From assembly GCA_038060895.1 (NCBI GenBank), contig JBBTCT010000012.1, positions 62,200 through 126,199 on the forward strand: a stretch of 64,000 bases of DNA. The letters run 5' to 3'. This document shows positions 1-9,625 of the stretch, in pieces; positions within the stretch are counted from its first letter, which is position 1; each line of letters begins with the position of its first letter. Source of the DNA: Planctomycetota bacterium. GTDB taxonomy: Bacteria; Planctomycetota; MHYJ01; WSZJ01. The position numbers were made by a program, and so were the translations under genes. Under the pieces are notes generated by a model. The model was not told the origin of the DNA. It searched no databases and saw nothing but the letters and a program-made list of their open reading frames with translations.

Positions 1-893
1 CCGGCCTGGTAGACCGGGCCATCGGGGGCAACGAGCGCCATGATGTCCGCGCGACCGCCGTAGGCCGCGAGCGGGAGGCCGCCGCCGACGATCTTGCCCA
101 GCGTTGTCAGGTCGGGCCGGACGCCGAAGAGCGCCTGCGCGCCGCCGATGCCGACGCGGAATCCGGTGATGACCTCGTCGAAGACGAGGAGTGCTCCCCA
201 GCTGTCGCAGAGCCGGCGAAGGCCGGGCAGGAAATTGGGCTCGGGTGGGACGACGCCCATGTTGCCCGCGACCGGTTCGATGACGACGGCCGCGATGCGC
301 TTCCCGCGTCTGCGGAACAGCGTCTCCACGCTCTTCAGGCTGTTGTACTGCGCCGTGAGCGTCAGCGCCGCGACCGCGCTCGGCACGCCGGCGCTCGCCG
401 GGATCCCGAGCGTCGCGAGCCCGCTCCCGCCCTTCGAAAGAAACCCGTCTGCATGCCCGTGATACCCGCCCTCGAACTTCACGATCAGGTCGCGCTTCGT
501 GAACCCTCGCGCCACGCGCACCGCGCTCATCACCGCTTCCGTCCCGCTCGACACCAGCCGCAGCTTCTGCATCGAAGGCATCGAAAGCCGGATTTCTTCC
601 GCGAGTTCCGTCTCCGCCGCCGTCGGTGCGCCGAACGTCGAGCCGTTCGCGGCCGCGCGCGCGATTGCACGGACGACCTTCGGGTGCGCGTGCCCCAGGA
701 TCAGCGGGCCCCACGACCCCACGAAGTCCACGTAGCGGTTGCCGTCCGCGTCCCAGACGTGCGGGCCGCGGCCGCGGGCGAGGAAGCGGGGCGTTCCGCC
801 GACGGAACGGAAGGCGCGCACCGGCGAATTCACGCCTCCGGGAAGCATGCGGCGGGCGAGGGCGAAGAGGGCGACGCTGGTCTTCGTTTTCAT
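1..893 (-). CDS. hemL: glutamate-1-semialdehyde 2,1-aminomutase (5' part; runs off window start)
   Basis: Absent from the ORF track. Manual translation from ATG 893 gives [61 protein letters not shown] and [10 protein letters not shown], the GSA-AT motifs. Confidence 0.95.
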   Translation of the reverse strand, partial: MKTKTSVALFALARRMLPGGVNSPVRAFRSVGGTPRFLARGRGPHVWDADGNRYVDFVGSWGPLILGHAHPKVVRAIARAAANGSTFGAPTAAETELAEEIRLSMPSMQKLRLVSSGTEAVMSAVRVARGFTKRDLIVKFEGGYHGHADGFLSKGGSGLATLGIPASAGVPSAVAALTLTAQYNSLKSVETLFRRRGKRIAAVVIEPVAGNMGVVPPEPNFLPGLRRLCDSWGALLVFDEVITGFRVGIGGAQALFGVRPDLTTLGKIVGGGLPLAAYGGRADIMALVAPDGPVYQA

Positions 894-949
894 CGGGCGC
901 GGAGTCTAGGCCGGGCTTCGAGCGGAGTCGAGAATCCCGATCTCCCGCT

Positions 950-1927
950 TCAACGCACGATCGCCGCAACCAGGAGGAAGTAGATGAGAATGCTCAGGAT
1001 GTCCTGAATGACGGTCGCGAAGGGACCCGAGCCGTACGCGGGGTCGCGGCCGGCTTTCGCGAGTCCCCACGGGAGGAGGAGTCCGACCGACGCTGCGACG
1101 GTGCTGGCGCACGCGAGGCTCAGGGAAACGGCGGCGGCAAGCCGGAGATCTTTCCACAGCATCGCCACGAGGCCGAAGGCCAGGCCGCCGAGGACCGCCC
1201 CGATGATGGCGCCGGACATGATTTCGCCCATGAGCAGGCGGCGGAGCCCGATTCGCGAAAGCGACAACCCGCGCACCGCAATCGCCTCGGCCTGCGTCCC
1301 GATCGCATCCGCGAGGTAGACGATCGCGGGGACGAAAAAGGCGATGACGACGCGCGTATCCAGGGTTTTCTCAAAGCGCGACATCACGAAGGTCGCCAGG
1401 ACGCTCCCGGCGAAACCGACGAGAAGCCACGGCAGGCGGTGCCAGACTTGCCGGGTCGGAGGCTCTTCCAGCGCATCCCTGGCATGCATGACTTCCCTGT
1501 TGATGCCGGCGAGCCTGTGCAGGTCTTCCGCGTGCTCGCGGTAGAGAATCTCCATCAGCGTGCCGGCGGGCACGACTCCGGCGAGACGGCCGTCAGGTTC
1601 GAGAACGGGAGTCGAAGCCAGGCCGTGGCGAAGAGCGGCGTGGGCCAGGCGCTCCTGGTCGGTGCCACGCCCCGCCTTGGGGATGTCGCGGGTCATGAGG
1701 TCGGAGATTCGGGTCCCTGCCCGGGCAGAGAGAAGGGTGTGCATCGGCACGACACCCTCAAGCAGGTCGCCGGTGCTGACGACGTAAACGGCGTCGGCCA
1801 GTTCCCACGAGCCTCCTGCCAGCCGATGCGCAACGGCGAGGGCGTCTTCGGTCCCGGCCGCCCTGGGGACGGAAGTCACCATGTGGGACTCGGCGCGTTC
1901 CCGGCGCAAAACGTGATTCGGGGTCAA
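950..1927 (-). CDS. mgtE: MgtE-family magnesium transporter (CBS pair + MgtE membrane domain)
   Basis: CBS pair, then RLPWLL, FFVPAIV, GTQA, DPAYGSGPFATVIQD. Start uncertain (TTG 1927 or a downstream ATG). Confidence 0.85.
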   Translation of the reverse strand: MTPNHVLRRERAESHMVTSVPRAAGTEDALAVAHRLAGGSWELADAVYVVSTGDLLEGVVPMHTLLSARAGTRISDLMTRDIPKAGRGTDQERLAHAALRHGLASTPVLEPDGRLAGVVPAGTLMEILYREHAEDLHRLAGINREVMHARDALEEPPTRQVWHRLPWLLVGFAGSVLATFVMSRFEKTLDTRVVIAFFVPAIVYLADAIGTQAEAIAVRGLSLSRIGLRRLLMGEIMSGAIIGAVLGGLAFGLVAMLWKDLRLAAAVSLSLACASTVAASVGLLLPWGLAKAGRDPAYGSGPFATVIQDILSILIYFLLVAAIVR

Positions 1928-2055
1928 GGGTCGGCTCCCAGAGAGGAAAGTGGAAAGCAGAGTATCCGCGCGGATACGGCAGGGACGTGAAGGATTCGCT
2001 TCCTCGCGGATTCCCCCCGGGCGCGCGCGGCACGTCCGTTGCGTTCCGGCACTTC

Positions 2056-4185
2056 ATGCGAAACCACACCCTCATCCTGTTGGCTGCCGTTGCCGCCTCC
2101 CTCCTCTTCCCGCGCACCGCCCATTCCTGATGGGTCTACACGGAGCGACCCGGGGAGGTCGAGTTGCGCGAGACGCACGCGAAGATGTCGATCCGGGAGG
2201 ACGTTGCGGAGAAGAGGCTCCGGATGAAGTTTCACAACACGGGGAGCGGGGCGAACACGGAAGCGACGTTCTTCATGGAGCTGGAGCCGGACCAGCGGGT
2301 GGAGAGCTTTTCGGTGACGATCGACGGGAAAACGGCCGAGGGAGAGATCCTGGACGCGGAAAAAGCGCGCAAAATCTACGAGGGAATCGTCGCGAAGCAG
2401 AAGGACCCGGCGCTTCTCGAGTATTACGGAGCGCGTCTCCTGCGTGTACGCATCTTTCCTGTCCCTGCGAACGCGGACTTCGAGGTCGAGATCAGGACGA
2501 TCGAAGCGCTGCGGTCCCAGGGCGGCCTGGTGCGCGTGAACACGCTCAACGCGGTTCCGGCTTCGTTCCGCAAGCCGCTGAAAACGATGACGGTCGAAGC
2601 GACGATCGAGTCTTCGAAGCCGCTGAAGGCGGTTTTCTCGCCGACGCACGACATCGTGGCCGCGCGCACGGGGCCGCGCGCGATGAAGCTGACCTACTCG
2701 CGGCAGGACTACTTTCCCGCGGGGCCGTTCGTCTTCTATTACCAGGCGAGCGAGGAAGCGTTCGGCGCGGCGGTGCTGGCGTTCGAGGAGCCTGGCGAGG
2801 ATGGCGCGTTCATGATCACGATCGCGCCTCCCGCCGACGGAACGGCCGGCGAGCGCCTTCCGCGCGACATCGTCTTCGCGCTCGACACGTCGGGGAGCAT
2901 GCTGCAGGGCGACAAGATCGGGCAGGTGCGCAAAGCCCTCGCGGCCTTCGTCGAGACGCTGACCGACAAGGACCGCTTCAATATCATCACGTTCTCCACG
3001 GAAGCCCGGGCCTGGCGCGAATCCCTGGTGACGGCGACTGCGGAAGCAAAAGCGGCCGGCGTCTCGGCGGCCAACTCGCTCAACGCGCGCGGCGGAGCGG
3101 CGATCGAGGACGCGCTCAAGCTGGCGCTCGCGCAATCGTTCCGGCCTGACGCGACGAAGATCGTGGTCTTCCTGACAGACGGCACGCCGACCATCGGCGA
3201 GCGGGACGACGAAGCGCTCCTGAAGATCGCCCGCGGGCGCGGCGTCCGCGTCTTCGCCTTCGGCGCGGGATTCGACCTGAACACTCGCCTCCTTGACCGC
3301 CTCGCGATCGAGAACGGAGGCGACCGGCAGTACATCCATCCCAACGAGAATGCAACCGAGGTCCTTGCCAGCTTCGCAAAACGAATCGATGCGCCGCTTC
3401 TGGCCGACCCCGTTCTGAAATTTGCGGGCGTCGAAGGAAGCGCGGAAGTGACCGACGTGCAGCCGAAGAAGCTCCCCGATATTTTCCAGGGTGGCTCGGT
3501 CGTGGTCACAGGACGCTTCAAGGGAAAAGGGGCGCGTCGGATCGAGCTGAGCGGAACGGCGGGTCGGGAGACCCGGTCCGTGTCCTACACGCTCGATTTC
3601 GCTTCCGAACCGCGAAACGACTTCGTGCCGCGCCTGTGGGCGATCCAGCGGATCGACTTCCTGCTCGACGAAATCCGGACAAGGGGCGCTTCGAAGGAAC
3701 TTGCCGAGGAGATCGTGCGTCTCTCGAAGAGATACGGGGTCGTCACGCCGTACACGGCGGGGCTGATCACGGAGGATGTTCCGGTGACGGCGGCGGGGAT
3801 CGAGAGGCGTGTGGGGCAGTCGGCCGGCGCGAACTACAACGGGCAGCAGGAGTGGGAGCTGGGGCGCAACCAGCAGGAGTGGCGTGGAGCGTACAACCAG
3901 GAGCGGCAGCAGCTGGCCGCCAACGGAGCGCTGGGCCGCGGGAACGACGCGAACGCGCAGGCCGAGCTGATGAACCGGCAGCGCAACGTGGGCAACCGGG
4001 CGTTCTACAACCGGGGCGGGGCGTGGCAGGAGAGCGGCTACGAGGCGCAGGTCGCGCGGACGCTGAAGTTCGGGACGGAGGAGTACTTCGAATTCCTGAG
4101 AAACAACGACGGCGCAGGCGCTGTGCTCGCGCTCGGTCGCAACATTACGTTCAGGCTCGGGTCCGAATGGATCCGGGTCGAGTGA
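2056..4185 (+). CDS. secreted VIT + vWA domain protein with in-frame TGA at codon 25 (candidate selenoprotein or recoded gene)
   Basis: ATG 2056 reads MRNHTLILLAAVAASLLFPRTAHS*WVYTERPGEVELRETHAK in the same frame as ORF 2164-4185. VIT-like region (KDPALLEY, RIFPVPAN) and MIDAS DTSGS are present. Confidence 0.75.
2128..2167 (+). promoter_or_regulatory. in-frame UGA with downstream SECIS-like hairpin
   Basis: TGA 2128-2130. Stem CGACC (2146-2150)/GGTCG (2157-2161) with loop CGGGGA about 21 nt after the UGA. A competing GGGTC/GACCC hairpin lies directly after the UGA. Confidence 0.45.
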
Positions 4186-4196
4186 GGAGAAGAGTC

Positions 4197-5303
4197 ATGA
4201 AAAGGTTCCTGGCAGTGGCACTGGCGCTCGCGGCGGCCATCCCGGCGCGCGCCGAAGAGAAGGTCAAGCTCGGCGAAGTCGACGTCGTTTTCTGCATCGA
4301 CAGGTCCGGCAGCATGGACCAGGTGATCGACACGGCAAAACAGAAGATCTGGGGGATCGTCAACGACATCGCGAAAGTCCGGCCGACGCCAGTGCTCCGC
4401 ATCGGGCTCATCGGTTACGGCTCGGGCAACACCGATTTCCGCTTCTTCGACCTGACCGATGACCTCGACACCGTCTATTCCAATCTCATGACGTTCAGGA
4501 CGGACATGGGCGGCGACGAATGGGTCGGCGCTGTGATCCAGAAGGCGACGAAAGAAATGAAGTGGAGCAAGAACAAGGAGGCGCTTCGCATGATCTTCGC
4601 CGTCGGAAACGAGACGGCGATGCAGGGGCGCGAGGATCTGCTCTATCCGAAGACGGTTCCCGAAGCGATCAAGGCTGACATCGTCGTGAACGCCATCTAC
4701 TGCGGACAACCGAATGCCGACGAAGAGCGGACATGGCGCGAGGTCGCGAAGCTCGCCGACGGCTCTTACACGGTCATCGACATCACCGGCGGCGCGATCA
4801 CGATCGCAACGCCGATGGACGAGGAGATGTCGAAGCTCAACGAGGCGCTCAACAAGACGTACATCGCCTACGGCCACAAGGGCAAAGACGGGCTCAGACA
4901 GCAGGAAGAACAGGACAGAAACTCCTCGGATAACGGCGGCGCTTCCAATGGCGCCCAGCGTGCCGAGGCGAAGTCATCCGGGGTCTACAACAACTCGAGC
5001 TGGGACATGGTGGATGCGTGCAAGGGCAAAGACTTCAAGATCGAGGACGTCAAGGACGAAGACCTGCCCGAGAACATGCGGAAGATGACGCTCGACGAGA
5101 AAAAGGCCTACATCGCCACCATGAAGGCCGAGCGCGAGAAGATCCAGAAGGAAGTCCAGGCGAAGGCGGTCGAGCGGCAGAAGTACATCGACGCCGAGAT
5201 CAAGAGCAAGGGGCTGACGCAGGACAAGGCGTTCGACGAGGCCGTGCGCAAGATGGTGCGGGAGCAGGCGGAGAAGAAGGGGTTTGAAGTGGGTAAGGAG
5301 TAA
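4197..5303 (+). CDS. secreted vWA-domain protein (paralog 1)
   Basis: GAGGAG RBS, signal peptide MKRFLAVALALAAAIPARA, MIDAS DRSGS, coiled-coil C-terminus. Confidence 0.85.
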   Translation: MKRFLAVALALAAAIPARAEEKVKLGEVDVVFCIDRSGSMDQVIDTAKQKIWGIVNDIAKVRPTPVLRIGLIGYGSGNTDFRFFDLTDDLDTVYSNLMTFRTDMGGDEWVGAVIQKATKEMKWSKNKEALRMIFAVGNETAMQGREDLLYPKTVPEAIKADIVVNAIYCGQPNADEERTWREVAKLADGSYTVIDITGGAITIATPMDEEMSKLNEALNKTYIAYGHKGKDGLRQQEEQDRNSSDNGGASNGAQRAEAKSSGVYNNSSWDMVDACKGKDFKIEDVKDEDLPENMRKMTLDEKKAYIATMKAEREKIQKEVQAKAVERQKYIDAEIKSKGLTQDKAFDEAVRKMVREQAEKKGFEVGKE

Positions 5304-5337
5304 GGGCAGTGGGTAGGTGGTAGTCGGTAGTGGGCAG
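5304..5337. repeat. degenerate heptamer tandem repeat (GGTAGTG-like)
   Basis: GGCAGTG GGTAGGT GGTAGTC GGTAGTG GGCAG; same family as the reverse complement of 10725-10760. Confidence 0.6.
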
Positions 5338-5344
5338 CACACTT

Positions 5345-5379
5345 CGGGCGCGGGTTTTCTACCGCGCCCGTTTTTGTTT
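5345..5379 (+). terminator. rho-independent terminator
   Basis: CGGGCGCGG...CCGCGCCCG stem followed by TTTTTGTTT. Confidence 0.8.
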
Positions 5380-5388
5380 GATCCCGGT

Positions 5389-5415
5389 GGAACTCTCATC
5401 GGCGAACGTGCGTCT
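5389..5415 (+). promoter_or_regulatory. putative ECF sigma promoter for the second vWA gene
   Basis: GGAACT-N16-CGTCT matches the general ECF -35 AAC / -10 CGT pattern. Confidence 0.45.
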
Positions 5416-5476
5416 CAGTTGCAGACGCGACGTGGTGACGCCGCGCAAAACTTCCGACGTCCAGAGGAGAATTGCC

Positions 5477-6589
5477 ATGAAGACGAAGATGTTTGCAGCC
5501 ATCGCCCTTGCGCTCGCGGCCGGACTTCCGGCCCGTGCCGAAGAGGAAAAGAAACCTGGCGAGGTCGACGTGGTCATCTGCATCGACCGCTCCGGAAGCA
5601 TGCAGCAGGTCATCGACACGGCCAAGCAGAAGGTCTGGTCGATCGTCAACGACATCGCCAAGGTCCGGCCGACGCCCGTGCTGCGGATCGGCCTCGTTGG
5701 GTACGGCTCCGGCGACCGCGAGTTCCGCTTCTTCGACCTCACCGACGACCTCGACACCGTTTACAAGAACCTCATGACCTTCAAGACGGACATGGGCGGC
5801 GACGAGTGGGTCGGCGCCACGGTCCGCAAGGCCACGAAGGACATGACGTGGAGCAAGAACAAGGAAGCGCTTCGGGTGATCTTCATGGTCGGCAACGAGA
5901 CCGCGCACCAGGGAACGGAAGAGAACATGTACACGAAGACGGTCCCGGAGGCGATCAAGGCGGACATCATCGTGAACGCGATCTACTGCGGGAAGCCGAA
6001 CGCGGATGAGGAGCGGACGTGGCGCGAGGTGGCGAAGCTCGCCGACGGCTCCTTCACGACGATCGACATCTCCGGCGGCGCAGTCGCGATCGCGACGCCG
6101 ATGGACGCCGACATGGCGAAGATGAACGAGGAGCTGAACAAGACCTACGTCGCGTTCGGCGAACGCGGCCGAGAGAAGAAGGACAACCAGAAGGCGCAGG
6201 ACGCTGCGGCGGGCGAAGCGGGCGGTGGCGGCGTGGTCGCCGAGCGCGCGGCCGCGAAGGCCTCGGGCGCCTACAACAACAGCGGCTGGGACCTCGTGGA
6301 CGCGTCGAAGAACAAGGACTTCAAGCTCGAGGACGTGAAGGACGAAAACCTTCCCGAGGAGATGCGCAAGATGTCCCTCGAGGAGAAGAAGGCTCACGTC
6401 GCGAAGATGGCCGCCGAGCGCGAGAAGATCCAGAAGGAGCTGCAGGCCAAGGCCGCCGAGCGCGCGAAGTTCATCGAGGACGAAATGAAAAAGCAGGGCC
6501 TGAACCAGGACAAGGCGTTCGACGAAGCCATGCGCAAGATGATCCGCGAGCAGGCGGCGAAGAAGGGGATGGAGATCGGTAAGGAGTAG
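5477..6589 (+). CDS. secreted vWA-domain protein (paralog 2, tandem duplicate)
   Basis: GAGGAG RBS, signal peptide, MIDAS DRSGS, long stretches identical to 4197-5303. Confidence 0.85.
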   Translation: MKTKMFAAIALALAAGLPARAEEEKKPGEVDVVICIDRSGSMQQVIDTAKQKVWSIVNDIAKVRPTPVLRIGLVGYGSGDREFRFFDLTDDLDTVYKNLMTFKTDMGGDEWVGATVRKATKDMTWSKNKEALRVIFMVGNETAHQGTEENMYTKTVPEAIKADIIVNAIYCGKPNADEERTWREVAKLADGSFTTIDISGGAVAIATPMDADMAKMNEELNKTYVAFGERGREKKDNQKAQDAAAGEAGGGGVVAERAAAKASGAYNNSGWDLVDASKNKDFKLEDVKDENLPEEMRKMSLEEKKAHVAKMAAEREKIQKELQAKAAERAKFIEDEMKKQGLNQDKAFDEAMRKMIREQAAKKGMEIGKE

Positions 6590-6619
6590 GAACCGTCGGA
6601 AGTCGAGAAAACCAGGAAT

Positions 6620-6656
6620 CGGGCGCGGAGATTATCCTCCGCGCCCGCCTTGTTTT
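6620..6656 (+). terminator. rho-independent terminator
   Basis: CGGGCGCGGAG/CTCCGCGCCCG stem plus TTGTTTT; stem related to the one at 5345. Confidence 0.7.
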
Positions 6657-6671
6657 CGGACCGCCGCGCGT

Positions 6672-7322
6672 TCAATGTGTGACGGCGGCCCTCCGCGGGC
6701 CCTTGCGTCCCGTCTCCCTGCGCAGCAGCCGGAACGCTGCGTTCCGCGGAATGCGCTTCCATCCCCGGAGGTTCCGCCCCACGCCCGAAATCCGGGGGTG
6801 CGTCATGAGGCAGACGACCTCATCTGCCAGCGGTTGCAGAAGCTCGACGGCCCGGTCGGTCCCGGCCATCGCGACGGCAACGAGCCGCACCGCGCCGCGG
6901 TCACGCAGACTGGTCAAGGCAGCCCGCATACGGGCGCCTGAAGAGACGACGTCCGCGACGACGATGACGACCCTCCCCAGCACTTCGGGAAGAGCGCACC
7001 CGGGCAGGAACTGGACCCGCTGCGCCAGCATGTAGGACAGGCACTGGACGATCCGGCCGGCGAATTCTTGCTCCGCCCCGTCGTCCGCGCTTCCGGAATC
7101 GAGCACGATCTCGCCGGTCTCAGCGACGGCACCGCGATAGCCGCCAGAGACAAGGCTCTCGGCCTGGACGATGTCGAACCCGCCGCCGAGCCACTGCGCG
7201 ATGGCTTGGGCAATCGGGACGCCCCCCGGCGTAAGCCCGAGAACGATCGGATGCTCCGCCCGGTATTTCGCCAGCCGGACGCCGAGGGCACGGCCGATTT
7301 CTTCGACGTGGCGGGTGTCCAT
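6672..7322 (-). CDS. type I phosphoribosyltransferase-family protein with degenerate PRPP loop
   Basis: PIVLGLTPGGVPIA and GRVVIVVADVVSSGARM (canonical VDDGIATG), ADEVVCL. Confidence 0.7.
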   Translation of the reverse strand: MDTRHVEEIGRALGVRLAKYRAEHPIVLGLTPGGVPIAQAIAQWLGGGFDIVQAESLVSGGYRGAVAETGEIVLDSGSADDGAEQEFAGRIVQCLSYMLAQRVQFLPGCALPEVLGRVVIVVADVVSSGARMRAALTSLRDRGAVRLVAVAMAGTDRAVELLQPLADEVVCLMTHPRISGVGRNLRGWKRIPRNAAFRLLRRETGRKGPRRAAVTH

Positions 7323-7367
7323 GAGGGATGCCTTTCGAAAAGCGAGGGAAGCGGGCGCAACGTTCTT

Positions 7368-7384
7368 TGCAAGCCTGATGCCGA
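7368..7384 (-). promoter_or_regulatory. sigma54 -24/-12 promoter
   Basis: Minus strand reads TCGGCATCAGGCTTGCA (GG-N10-GC), about 45 nt upstream of ATG 7322. Confidence 0.55.
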
Positions 7385-7647
7385 GTGCATCGCCGGAGGC
7401 AAGCCCGGAACCTGCGTGAAATTCCCCGCGTGCCGGGCGGATTCTCCCGCCGGGAAAGTCATGGTGCACCACGAGCGTTTGCTTCTTGCGAAGACCCTGC
7501 AAAGGTCTGCCGAATTCGGACGCGTCATTTCAGCCGCGACCCTGCGCTGGATTTGCCGCCTGTTGACCCGAAGTTCATGCAAGCCGAACAGTCGTGTCGC
7601 AGACTTCCCTCGAAACGAATCGGAGACCCCACGTGGGCAACAGACTC

Positions 7648-9534
7648 ATGGAAGAAGAACTGGCCGTGTCCACATCGCATCCTGAACCCGCCGAGATCGC
7701 CACCCTCCTCAACGACCTCGAGCGGACCCGACTGGAACTGGTCGACCTGGAAATCCGTGAGAAGAACCTAGTCGAGGAAGTGCATCCCGCCCACCGGCGC
7801 TCGGCCAGGAACCTGCTTCACTATCTCGGGTTCCGTCGCCGGGACGCCCGACACTTCCAGCCGCGGCTGGCCGAACTCGGGCTGTCGTCGCTGGGGAGGG
7901 CGGAAGCGCACGTCCTGGCGACGATCGACGCGGTCCTTGCAAACCTGCACCGGCTCGCCGGCTCCGTGTCGTGCCCCTCGGCACCGCCTTCGACGCCCGT
8001 CGGGTACCGGGAAGGGACAGCCCTTCTGGAATTGCACGCGGATCAACTCTTCGGCCCCTGCGCCGGGCGCACGGTGCGGATCATGGTGACGATGCCCTCG
8101 GAAGCGGCGGAGGACTACCCTCTTGTGCGCGACCTGGTCGCGGGCGGGATGGACGTCATGCGGATCAATTGCGCGCACGATGGACCGAGGGAATGGGAAC
8201 GGATGGTGGTCCATCTTCACCGCGCGCGTCGCGAACTCGGTCGCGTTTGCCGCATCCTCATGGACCTGGGCGGCCCGAAACTGCGCACGGGGTCGATCGC
8301 GCGTGGGCCTGAGGTTCTCAAGTGGCGCCCGCAGCGCGATGTCTTCGGGCGCGTGACCATGCCCGCGCGCGTATGGCTCACCTCCCAGGAAGCACCCGCG
8401 CCCCCCCTGCCGGGCACGGACGCGACGCTTCCGGTACCGGCCGATTGGCTCAAGACCCTCAAGAAGGGCAACCGGGTGACCTTCAAGGACGCGCGTGGCG
8501 CGAGCCGCGCCCTGAGAATCGTGTCGGAGGTCGGCGAAGGCCGCTGGGCGGAATGCGGTGAGACGGCCTACGTGGTGTCGGGCACCCAGCTGAAAATCGC
8601 GAGCGGGAAGCGCGGCGGCGAAGCGGCGGTTGGCCGCCTCCCGGCAGTTGAGCAGGCGCTTCAACTCCGCCGTGGCGACACCCTGGTCGTCACCCGGCGG
8701 GATGACCCGGGGCTGCCTGCCGAACGCGACGCGCGCGGCGTGCTGGTCAGCCCGGCGACGATCTCCTGCACTCTTCCCGAGGTCTTCGCCGACGTGCGGC
8801 CCGGGGAACGGATCTGGTTCGACGACGGGCGGATCGGAGGCATCGTGAGATTCGTGAACTCCGACCAGATGCACGTCGAGATCGTCCAGGCGCGCCTGCG
8901 CGGCGAGACGCTGAAAGCGGACAAGGGGATCAACCTGCCCGACAGCACGCTCCGCCTGCCCTCCCTCACGGCACGCGATATCGAGGACCTCCCGTTCGTC
9001 GCCCGCCGCGCGGACATGGTGGGCTATTCCTTCGTTCGGGAACCGTCGGACGTGGCGACCCTTCAGGAGCACCTCGCGAAAGCCGGCGGCGAGAATCTCG
9101 GCCTCGTCCTCAAGATCGAGACCCGCGCGGCCTTCGAGAAACTCCCCCACCTGCTCCTTGCCGCCATGCGCAGTCCCAGCGTCGCCGTCATGATCGCCCG
9201 CGGCGACCTCGCCGTGGAAATGGGGTACGAGCGGCTGGCGGAGGTGCAGGAAGAGATCCTCTGGATCTGCGAGGCCGCGCACGTCCCCGTCATCTGGGCG
9301 ACGCAGGTCCTTGAGTCGCTCGCAAAGGACGGCGTCCCCTCACGTGCCGAGATCACCGACGCCGCCATGGGGGAGCGCGCCGAGTGCGTCATGCTCAACA
9401 AGGGCGCCCACGTGCTCGAGGCGCTTCGCGTCCTCAACGACATCCTCCTGCGCATGCAGGGGCACCTGAACAAGAAGAGCCCGGTGCTGCGTCAGCTCCG
9501 GCTTGCCCGGGACGTCCTGGCGACAAAGGAATGA
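7648..9534 (+). CDS. pyk: pyruvate kinase (long form with N-terminal extension and insertion, no C-terminal allosteric domain)
   Basis: RINCAHD, DLGGPKLRTG, KGINLP, LKIET, IARGDL, WATQVLES, PSRAEITD, CVMLNKG. Confidence 0.88.
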   Translation: MEEELAVSTSHPEPAEIATLLNDLERTRLELVDLEIREKNLVEEVHPAHRRSARNLLHYLGFRRRDARHFQPRLAELGLSSLGRAEAHVLATIDAVLANLHRLAGSVSCPSAPPSTPVGYREGTALLELHADQLFGPCAGRTVRIMVTMPSEAAEDYPLVRDLVAGGMDVMRINCAHDGPREWERMVVHLHRARRELGRVCRILMDLGGPKLRTGSIARGPEVLKWRPQRDVFGRVTMPARVWLTSQEAPAPPLPGTDATLPVPADWLKTLKKGNRVTFKDARGASRALRIVSEVGEGRWAECGETAYVVSGTQLKIASGKRGGEAAVGRLPAVEQALQLRRGDTLVVTRRDDPGLPAERDARGVLVSPATISCTLPEVFADVRPGERIWFDDGRIGGIVRFVNSDQMHVEIVQARLRGETLKADKGINLPDSTLRLPSLTARDIEDLPFVARRADMVGYSFVREPSDVATLQEHLAKAGGENLGLVLKIETRAAFEKLPHLLLAAMRSPSVAVMIARGDLAVEMGYERLAEVQEEILWICEAAHVPVIWATQVLESLAKDGVPSRAEITDAAMGERAECVMLNKGAHVLEALRVLNDILLRMQGHLNKKSPVLRQLRLARDVLATKE

Positions 9535-9625
9535 CGCCCATGAGCGGACGCGAGGAGTTCCTCCAGGAACGGCTGGTCGGAAGAGGCGGCGGTACGCGAC
9601 GAAAGCACGCTTGCGGCAGGCAGGG

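Noticed and set aside
94-983. Plus-strand ORFs over the window start
   Set aside because: Antisense shadows of hemL, which the ORF track missed because it is truncated by the window edge.
2128-2130. Genome-wide reassignment of TGA to Trp or Gly
   Set aside because: Many clear genes end in TGA (4185, 9534, 11907, 20241, 41135) and Trp is encoded by TGG, so any recoding is site-specific.
2056-2130. Lipoprotein signal with the UGA position as lipidated residue
   Set aside because: T-A-H-S-X does not match the lipobox; it fits signal peptidase I better.
7648-9534. Pyruvate kinase architecture as a novelty
   Set aside because: The long form lacking the C-terminal domain is a known widespread subfamily, and the catalytic motifs are intact.
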